Source of the DNA: Eutreptiella sp. 'Long Island Sound 2002' | Lineage: Eukaryota > Protista > Euglenida | Reading direction: 5' to 3' | DNA: 64,000 nucleotides | NCBI GenBank assembly: GCA_964036045.1 | Contig: OZ038379.1 | Location: forward strand, 2,418,001 to 2,482,000 | Shown here: positions 12,351 through 21,493 of the stretch, in pieces | Layout of the letters: every line of letters begins with the position of its first letter | How positions within the stretch are numbered: the stretch's first letter is position 1 | Translations under genes and position numbers: made by a program | The notes under the pieces: model-generated | What the model saw: the letters and a program-made list of their open reading frames with translations, nothing else | The model's database searches: none | Told to the model about the DNA's origin: nothing

Positions 12351-13280
12351 GGACCCGTCAATGTGTTGGTGCCACGACTCGCCACCGATGGAGAGATAGA
12401 GACGGTGGGCCAACACAGCGGCTCTCGGGGCTCTTTGCGAGTGGCGAGAAGTCGATGGGCGCCGCCATCTGCCGGGAGAGCAGCAACATCTGAAGCCCTG
12501 CCCGCCCCCCCTCCCCCCGCCCCAACAGTTGTGTATCCTTCGCATGCGGTGATGTGCTGTATGTTCACGTCCGGTGTCAACGCCGTAGCATTGCAGCATG
12601 TCCATCGTTGTGTTGCGGACAGCGTCCTGCCCCTCTGGCCTCCCCTTTCTGTCGCCCGCTTCGGCGGTGTTCCGGACCATTGATGGCTGGCATCAGGTTG
12701 AAGACGGTGTTTCAATGGCTCTGGCGCCACGGGGCGGTTCAGGACCGCCACTCCCTGTGGGCCTTATGGTCGAGTGGCAACGGCCCCATTGTTTCGCGAT
12801 GCCATGAGTCAGTGGAACAGCGCAAGTGGCCGACAGCGCTGGCCATCGACCTGGTCCCCTGTGGAAGACGCCACTTCAGGCACGAGGAAGAAGCAGTGCA
12901 CTTGTCCGTGTGGCTACCCCATGCACTGCATGCCCCGACATGGACCAGTTGGGGCGGGGCGGGGGGGCGGGAGCAACGCCTGCTGAGGGTCCCCAGAAAC
13001 AACAGAAGACTACAACCGCCACTGCTGGGCCCCTGTTGCAGTGCACACGCCCAAGAAGAGAGAGAACAGCAGGATGTCTCATTTGTGCAGACTCGGACTC
13101 CATGTCCTTGAGGGGAGGGTTGCGCGTCAAGTGTAATTATATCTCACAAACAACCGCACTCACACCCATGCATCGCTGTCGATGGTTTGTTTATGTCGAC
13201 ATCGGTCCCCATGAGGTGCTTACCACTCTTTTCGTTTGGTTCCGATGCTTCGTTGCTGAGCACGGCATGCATGCATGCAT

Positions 13281-13350
13281 GAGTGAGTGAGTGAGTAAGT
13301 GCGTGCGCGCGTGAGTGGGTGAGTGAGTGCGCGAGTGAGTGAGTGAGTGA
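13281..13350. repeat. (GAGT)n microsatellite
   Basis: Directly visible, with GC interruptions. Confidence 0.9.
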
Positions 13351-13429
13351 GGATGTTTGTGTGCGTGTCTGTGGGGGGGCCATGACTGCTTTTTATGACT
13401 GCGTCTCAGCACAGCTTGGATGGTGTGCA

Positions 13430-14280
13430 TCACAAGACCGTGGTTTGAAGAGTAGCAGGCAGGCTGTGTGTCAATTGCCTCATCCGCTGCACTCTGCAGT
13501 GCGGTTTGTGCCTCTAGTCCAGCACTGCTTGGCTTTCCTTGGCTCAACTCGATGTATTTCTGTGCCGAACTAGCATTTGAAACATTTGATGCATCTCCTG
13601 TCACCAATGGGACAGGCATGTGGCATATACATGCATAGTTGGTGGTTGGCTTGACCCCATCCAAGTTCGTGAACATTCCAGAAAGGGCAAAAAGCATTGG
13701 CAAAGCCCTTGGGGCCAGCTACGTACGCTCGTGCACATTCATGCATGCATGCATGCGTTGCGGTCTTCATGTGTATACAAGTATGGATGTCTTAGTGCAC
13801 AATTATGAAAATTGTTGTGGCATAGGGATGACAAATATTGTGCCTTGTGATATCCTGGTGACGCCCTTGATTTGTGGTAAACATGTTGGAGACAGACGAT
13901 CAATATCTGTGGTGCTTTGATACATGCATCGGCAACAGGCGGCAGAAACATTTCCTGGTTGGCACGACGCGGTTCCGTACTTGCACCCTTTTGTGCTCCC
14001 CATCTTGGGGAGCAGTGTGATTACTGCTATTGTGAATTGATGCATCGTTGGCTGGTTGGGCTTCTTGCTCAGGGCTTAGCAATGCTGTTTCTGCCAGGCT
14101 GCTGTAGCGCACCATATTTCAGTGCAACATTTAGAGATGATGATTCTTGAGGTGAAGGGCAGAATGGGATCCCTGATCCATTTACCAGCCCTCAACAGCT
14201 GGCACGGCACAGGCCCACTCGGTAGGGTCTCAGCTAGAAGCGTCAAGGAGAGGTGGTTCTGGTTCTGGTTTAGCAGGGCT
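13430..14280 (-). pseudogene. Decayed LINE reverse transcriptase
   Basis: GPVPCQLLRAGKWIRDPIL (DG.P.ELLkaG-like), AVITLLPKMG, RKCFCRLL, EDRNA (D..xAF-like), NLDGVK and AADEAI (YADD-like) occur in order, with frameshifts. Confidence 0.65.
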
Positions 14281-14944
14281 GTCTTTTGGCAAGGCAATGG
14301 TGGGCGCAGCGGCCCTGCTTGTTGCTCTTCGCCATCCACCATGTGCCAGAACCTTTCACCTGTGTGTGAAGCCGGCAGGGGTGCGGCCATTGCACGCTTG
14401 GTACGCAGTTGGGGGGATGTGGTGTGTCTGCTTCAGCCGAATAGCAGCTTCCCCCAGAGGGGTATTGGCAGTCAGAGCCCATCCGACTCGATTCAAGGGG
14501 AGGTGGGGGCGGCGGGCGGGCAGCGACAGAGTGGGGCGCGCAAGGTACGTAGTGGGGGCCTTCATGCAAACCTCTGAGCTATCTGTCAGCTTCTTGAAGG
14601 ACGCCTGGGCCAGCACGTTCCTGGGGTGTTCGCCGTTCAGGGTAGGTAAGGACTCCTAGGGGCTGCCACACCCCCGGAGGGAGGGGGGTGGCTCTCCCCA
14701 CAATGGGTGTACAATACGATCTGCTTAGCTTGTTCGCAGCAAGCAGGCGCAAGCAGCAAGCAAAGGCGAGCTATCAAATTGTGGCCAAAAAATCAATAAT
14801 GCAAATGGAGCCCAGTTGGACCAAAATTATGCTGATCACCCGTTCGTTTTTGCTACAGTAAAGCACCAGATGTATGTGGATTAAAGCCCCAGAAATAAAC
14901 AGCCGGCCTCAGATCTGGGTCAGGGATACAGGCTCCGTTGGCAT

Positions 14945-15150
14945 GGCACAGGATACCAAGGAAAAGGAAATGAGCGTAGGGAGGTAAGGATAGGCAGTAC
15001 TAGGAGATCAAGGCACTTGGGGGTGACAGGCCAATGGGCACCGCTGTCTATAGAAGAGGGAAAGGGTTCAAGGAAAGGAAAATGCGTAAGTTTACATAGG
15101 CCAGTAGGCACCGCCAGCTTCAGACAGCAATCCACCCAGGCGCCATGCCC
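14945..15150 (+). mobile_element. Old diverged 3'-end copy of the C-tract retroposon family
   Basis: GGTGACAGGCCAATGGGCACCGCTGTCTAT...TAGGCCAGTAGGCACCGCCAGCTTCAGACAG...GGCGCCATGCCCCC. Confidence 0.7.
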
Positions 15151-15180
15151 CCTCTGGGATATGCGGGCTAGCAGAAACAT

Positions 15181-17327
15181 GTGGCTAAACCTGCATCTCC
15201 GACTCCAACACCAATCCCCACGGACAAAGTGCAAGTATTGTCAGTGGGAGGGATGCGCCGAGTAAAAGTGGACAAGAAGAAGGTGGTCCCGGAGGTAGTT
15301 GAGCCTGTTGAGGTGCTGCCCCCGGGTTTTGAAGGGTGGAGCTTCCTTGAGCAGATTGGAGTGGGTAGTGCACCCACCATGGAGGAAGTGAAGGCCGCTT
15401 ACAAGAAGTGGGTGTCGTGGTTACACCCTGACAAAAACATGAACAATGTGGCCAAAGCCACCCACCTCTTCAAAAGGTTGACCTCTGGCTACGACGAATG
15501 GAAAGGTGTGCCCGGGGTGGCACCGCCAAGGCCGGCTGAGGAACCACCCAACTACCATTTCAACCCCACATGCTTCAGGTCCAACTTCTGCAACCCCACA
15601 AGCTTGGCGGGGCAAACGGCCCCGGAAGAAGCGCAACCGAGTGCCAAAAACCCAGAAACGGAGGACGACGGAGAGGGTTTTTGGTCATTCTTGCGCACAA
15701 GCAGAAGGCCCGGCCATTCCGAACACGCGAGCGGAACGGGGGCTAGCTGGGGTGAGGGCACACCAAAGGGGGCACCGCCACCGGGGGCTGGAACACAACG
15801 GACCCGGCGCCTCATGTTCCACGTGAGGTTCCGGTGGCACACGCACAACCTCCGCGCCATCCAAGCGGACCGGATCCTTGCAGAGAAAAGGAGGAGAGGG
15901 TGGTTCTCGGACTACCCAAAGGCAGGAAGCAATGTGTACTTATTGGCACCGGACCAAGTGTGCAAAATACGAGTGCTAGCCTCAAGCGTGTGGGTGCCGG
16001 AGGTGAGACGTTGGGAGTCGGAGGTGTTTATCATCGGGGAGGGCATCAACTTCACAGTGGAGGACCAGGGGGGGGGGGGGGGGGCGACATGCTAATTCTC
16101 GACAGAGGGTATAGTTTGGCCAAACTACCCCGTTTTTTCGAAGGGGCTGGAAAATTTGGTTAACACCCGTTTCGCACATTTGAGTTTTGTTGATTTCTCC
16201 CTACTTGCCCCCGGTCCCCGGGTCCCAATTTCTGCACCCCGCAGGCCCTGCTGTCACACCAACAATTTTTAATTTTTAGTCTGATGCTTGCTAGAGGTCT
16301 CAGAGTCCCAATTTTTGCACCATGCAGCCCCCGCTGTCATACCAGGAATTTTTAGTTTTTAGTCTGATGCTTGCCAAAGGTCACAGGGTCCCAATTTCTG
16401 CACCCCGCGGCCCGCGCTGTCACACCATCAATTTTTTGATTTTTAGTCTGATTCTTGCCACAGGTCCCAGGGTCCCAATTTCTGTCTTTGCCTATGTCCG
16501 TTGTCTTCGTCTCTTCACAATATGTCCTCAGTTTTTCTCATGACACAACAACATTCTTCGGAGGTGTTGAGCATCCAACTCGGTGATATCCTTTGCAAAG
16601 GGCTCATTTGCCGACAAGGCTTATGCGAACCAAGTGTTGTGGCCAAGCCGCGCAAGACATAAGGCAGTGAAGGCGTACAGTCCCGCCGGTGTGCCAAAAA
16701 TGGTGAGGCTGACCTACCGCAAAGTACCTACCCCGAAGTACTTTGTTGCATGACTCAAGCCCTGTTGCATGGCGGGAACACCCCAACTCGGGTCACAAGG
16801 TCCAGGCACGTGCCCGGACCAGCTGTGGAGTGACGCCACAAGAGATCTTTGTGAGCAACAACCACACATCGGACTACAAATGAAAAATTCCTGGTACGCC
16901 CGTAGGGGCTGCAGGGAGCAGAAATTGGGACTCTGAGACCTATGGTAAGCATCAGACTAAAAATTGAAAAAATCCTGGTATGACAGCAGGGGCTGCAGGG
17001 TGCAAAAATTGTGGCCCTGGGACCTATGCCAAGCATCAGTCTAAAAATTATACATTCCAGTGAGGGTCACGCGGTGCTTTTTTGCCTTGGTTTTTGTTCA
17101 ATACAAAAACTGTCCCTTTTTTCAGCGGGCAGGTTTGAAATGTGCAAAAACCCCCCAAACTACCCCTTTTTTCGAGGGGGCTGAAAAATTTGGTTAACAC
17201 CCCCATGTGCAAAACTTGCATGTCGCCCCCCCCCCCCCCTGTGGAGGACACAACGAGGTTGATGCAAAACTTGCATAGGACAAACGTGATTGCCGAGCAA
17301 GTAGGCATCCGGCTGTACAAGGAGTAG
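15181..17327 (+). CDS. Retroposon ORF (join 15181-16065,17250-17327; 320 aa once the MITE and one TSD are removed): DnaJ/J-domain plus C-terminal domain, possibly ASCH/PUA-like; disrupted in this copy
   Basis: LEQIGVGSAPTMEEVKAAYKKWVSWLHPDKNMNNVAKATHLFKRLTSGYDEW has J-domain helices and HPD (15424-15432). Removing the insertion restores INFTVED-TTRLMQNL...RLYKE*, as in the uninterrupted copy at 33880-33982. Confidence 0.85.
16066..17241. mobile_element. hAT-like non-autonomous DNA transposon (1176 bp)
   Basis: TIRs CAG(G)nCGACATGC / GCATGTCG(C)nCTG. 8-bp TSD TGGAGGAC at 16058-16065 and 17242-17249. The empty site is seen in the paralogue at ~33897. ~83-bp subterminal repeats: x3 on the left, x2 inverted on the right. 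Confidence 0.92.
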
Positions 17328-18679
17328 AAGCTGGAAGCCATGGGAGAAGCGGGAAAGCCCCACCCTCGGGTGACAAAGGTGTGTGGATGCGCACGGTCGC
17401 AAAATCCCGACGGCGACAAGGTGACGGGGTGCAACATGTTCAGCGCAGTGCCGAGCACAAAGGCGCGACCCGGAACGCACCATGGCATGGCCTAGGCCTT
17501 GAAGCAAGAGGGACCGAGACCGGGCGCCAAGCGACCAGGGAACCCAAGGGACGGGCCACCCCGTGCCGTGGGAAGGAAGATGAATGGAAAAGTAAAAGCC
17601 CGATGGGAAAGAGAGTCTCACTCCATCGACACAGCTTAGCTGGGGAGGAGAAGATCCTCCGGCCACCGAGACTTCCACTGGGGAGCCGCGGCCCCCAGTG
17701 ATACAGCAACAAGGCACAACGATGTGGTCCAAGGTACGTCCGTGGACGGGCCTCCGGACCCCCCTGCCCAATGAAAACGGCGCCGCAGTCTCCATTGGAT
17801 GCGCCCCGGCTACCACAACGCGCAGCGAGCTTTCTCGCCGGTGGAGTTGGGGGCAAGGCAGGGGGAAGGCAACCCCTGCACTTTTTGAGCCTGGGTGGTG
17901 ACCGACACCAACCATAAAAACCCAATGAAGTCAACACGTGCACCGAGTTCTTCTCGGGGGGTCCAACGGGGCCTCAACAAGATGCCCGATGTGGCAACGC
18001 AAGCCCACCGGGGGCCGCGCTCTCAAGGGAGTGACCACGGCAGTAAGCCTTAGCGTGCTAGCACTGAGAAGCGAGCAGGGGAGAGACATCTCCCCTCACG
18101 CAGCGACTCAACTAGAAAAGGGATGCACCACATCGTCAAGCGCCCGGACCAAGCTAGGATAAGCACCCGTCCTCTCCTGCTCCTCAACCCACAGCACCCA
18201 CTGCGCCGCCCAACACCCACCGCGGGGTGGAGCCGCCCGCTTGTACCCAACAACGGACAACACCCGCCACAACCCACACCCATGCGCGCCATGCGTGGCT
18301 AAGGGGACGCAACACGCGCAACAAAGGCACGAAGGAGAGAGTAGGGGGTTCGTGTTGCGCTCGCCAAAGGAAGGACTGAGCGCGGGAACTTGGAGGCGGA
18401 AGGTTGTTATGTGCCCCCGTCGGAGAAACAACTCCGCAAGTGGACATCGCGGGGCCCACCAGCCGCCGTTGGGGAGAGGTACCTCACCGCCGGCTTGGGA
18501 TGGCCGCTTGGCGAAGGCATTTGCCTTCCTCTGCGTGAACTCAACGCAGAGAAGTGAAACAGGGCAAGTCCGGGGGCTCCGTTGGCACAACCGACCAAGG
18601 GAAAGGAAAGGGAAGGGGTGGTGAGAGGCCGATGGGCACCACGGCCTATGGACCACCACTGCATATCTTTAAATGAGGG

Positions 18680-19035
18680 GCTGGGGGTATTTTTACAGCT
18701 GCTGAGATTCGCCATGGGGACCAAATGTGCTCCTGCATGGGCACAGCTGGTCCTCCGAATGTACGAGCTGAAAAACCCCCTCCCGAATTCCCTATTGCTG
18801 ATGTGCTATATTGATGATGGCTTGACTTTCCATCCTATCACAATGACTTTGTCTGGTTTCAAAGGGGGCGCCAAAACCATGATAACACCAACCTTGACCA
18901 TGGAACAAATGAACCATGAAATGGGACGTAATTGAGAATTGGGGAGGCCACATCGCAGAAAAGGAGTCGAATCTTTGGACCTCGAATTCAACCTCCCCTC
19001 CCCTGGCGCACGTAATTCAAGTCATCCATGCAATC
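18680..19035 (+). pseudogene. Penelope-like element RT fragment
   Basis: FLQLLRFAMGTKCAPAWAQLVLRMYE (Q..G.AMG...AP..A.L....E), MCYIDDGL, VESLDL (FLDL-like), NSSHP. Confidence 0.75.
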
Positions 19036-21312
19036 CATGCGCTTCGCATTGAGCTCACCATATCTCTCGCTTTACTGTGTGCAGCGCCGCTTGCTTTGCG
19101 GTTGGAGCATGAAAACGGCCATGGTCTTGTTCTCGAGCGCGGCGCTTTTGTACTCGTTGTTCGTCATAGCTTTGGAACCACAAGCCTTACACGCATCGGT
19201 GTGGCTGCGAGTTTTTGCGAGGAAGCAGGACCCTTGATTGAAACCGGGGCCCTTGGGAGCAAAGCGAACCGGGCTGTGATTAGGGTAATCGTTGGTATCG
19301 AACGATGATGGATAGACGCCGCGTTTGGGAGAGCGATTGGGTAGTACCGGCTTTGCAGTGAGAGGGTGAGAAGGGCTATGGGGTCTTGGGGGTTGTGCGG
19401 TTAGAGGGGCGGCGCGCCAAATCGCCTTGTCCGGTGTGTTCCATAGCGTCCACACATGAAACGCAACAAGCTGGTTTGCACCTTGCTTTCAACAGTGGAA
19501 AGCAAGGCTTGGTGGTTTTCCTCGTGCATGATTGCCATCTCGACTGTCTAGCACGTCTTGTGTAGTGTTTCAAACGAAGTTGGTAAATGTGCGTTTGGCT
19601 TCAACCATACACCACATGACGATCTCGATTGAATAATTTAAGGTTTACAACCACAACCTGCCCCTCGTCATAGATGGGTCTAAGCGGCCAATCTTAAGGG
19701 CCCATGTCAACCACCATCAAGTACTATCGCCCAAAGCCCTCGCAATTGAGTCTCACCTTTTTTTGGGAATCCTGCGGTCTAATGATGCTAGACTGGGCCG
19801 AAATAAGGCAATGTGACTCGGCTTATGCAAGTGGATTGCCATTGGACAGTATTTAGTACCCCTCTCTACTGTCGGGAAACGGAAAACGAAGCATCTTGCG
19901 GATCAACCTATCTAAAGCTTGGGCCATGCCGAAGAAATCGACCGCCCGACCTCGTTGGCATTGCCGCAAGTCCCCGGCATCTCTTTTGGCCCTCCTCCAC
20001 CATTTTCCCAACCTTCGCTCGCACTGCAGGCTCCGATTTCCGAACCTCGTGTTGCATTACAACCTCTAACGCAGCCCGGGACTCCCAAACACAAGCATGG
20101 GCGGCCCTCAAATCCGCGACGACGCTTCGATTCTTCATTTCTGCAGCCCGCATCCCTCAACCCAAAGCCCGGGCCCGTTCAAAAGCGCGATAAAATGTCC
20201 CTCCGAATGTCCCTCCTTGGTTCTTGGAACTCCTCATATGAGGTGTTGTTCACTGCTTGCCATGTTGCTTTCACAAGGGTAAGCTTGTATCGAGAGCTGT
20301 TCAAAAAAAGAAAGGAGTTCCGTGGCAAGAGGAAGCCAGGGTTGAGTAGGAAGGCTAACTCTCAAATTTTTCATGGGCTATGCACTAGCACTAGCCATGC
20401 AGTGTATCTTGCTTTTCCCGCAATTCGAGACTCGCCTTTAGCAAGCCGCTATGGCATCAACGGTGATAGTAAGAACGACGCGACGCAGACACTCTCACCA
20501 AGTGTTTGCGAACAAAAAGTGGCCCAAGTATCAAAGTCGATTTCCCCTGGGAGGATTTCTATTGGACGGGGGGGGGGGGGCGATCCTTAAAGCTTTTTAA
20601 TGCTAAACCATCATAGGGGATGGGGGACCGGATGGAGCAATGAAATAGATGGGCAGGGGCCTAGTCCACGGGTGGTAACAACGGAACACTGGACCCGCGA
20701 GAGTTGTGGATGATGAAAACGGAAGACACAGCAAACCACAAACTGCTGATTGACCCCGGGATGAGGGATGCCGCGCAGCAGAGTATCCCCCCAGCCCGCC
20801 CTCAGAGCGCCGCACGCCGTCGTGTGGCATTTCGTCCCAAGGGTTTTATCACGGGGTCCTGATCGGCTCCGCTTGCGCACGCTTTGGCGCTGGCGCTGGC
20901 TCTGGTTCTGGCGTTGTCCCGAGTAATGTTTGACGTTTGACGTTGGACTGTCCGCGATCTGACGCTGGTGCTGCCATGAGCTACTCTGCCGGCACCCTTT
21001 CCGTATGGAAGGAACTGTTACGGGTCGGGGCGCGCAGGACAGCGCGAGACTCAGCGCGACAGTGGCAGTACGAGGGACAGCGCTCGAGGCATTGGCTCGG
21101 CCAAGGCCACATCATAAGGGAACACAGTGACAGCGCCGGTAGAGCCGACGGCGAAGTGGACCCGACGTGTTCGGTCTCAGCGCCCCTCCCCTCGCTCCCC
21201 CCGCTCCCCCCACTCCACAGCATGTCTGCCCTCCATGTGCCCTTGCTGTGTGCTCTTTCTGACCTCTTTTGCCTCCTTTTCTGTTTTGCGTTCGCGCACA
21301 CACATCCCACAG

Positions 21313-21493
21313 ACATCCCTCTTCATGCCCTTGATTGTGATCGCGGGCATGCTCTGTGGGTTGCGGAAGTACTGGGCTTCCAGGCGGTTAAGGACAGAAC
21401 GTCAGCAGCTGGTTGCATGTGCAGACACCCTTGACTCCGATTTGGGGTACCAGCCCGTGGCAATATGGCCAACTACTGGCGAGAAAAAAAAGG
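21313..21493 (+). CDS. Helicase exon A: stop-transfer hydrophobic segment and end of a euglenid-type plastid presequence
   Basis: Pyrimidine tract + CAG acceptor. TSLFMPLIVIAGMLCGLRKYWASRR...YQPVAIWPTTGEKKK. The GTATGC donor is phase 1, matching the acceptor at 24006. Confidence 0.65.

Larger units (their letters stand above)
15160..18652 (+). mobile_element. Long copy 1 of the J-domain-carrying non-LTR retroposon (interrupted by a hAT-like MITE; 3' end truncated)
   Basis: Colinear with 33300-35750 from the J-domain onward and with 56420-57629 in the 3' part. Homology stops at GGCCTATGGA (18652). Confidence 0.85.

Noticed and set aside
18270-18340. CCHC / restriction-like endonuclease motif in the retroposon 3' part (HPCAPCVAKGTQH)
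   Set aside because: The cysteines are not conserved in copies 2 and 3 (HTPWVA, RAPWVA) and no PD-(D/E)xK motif follows.
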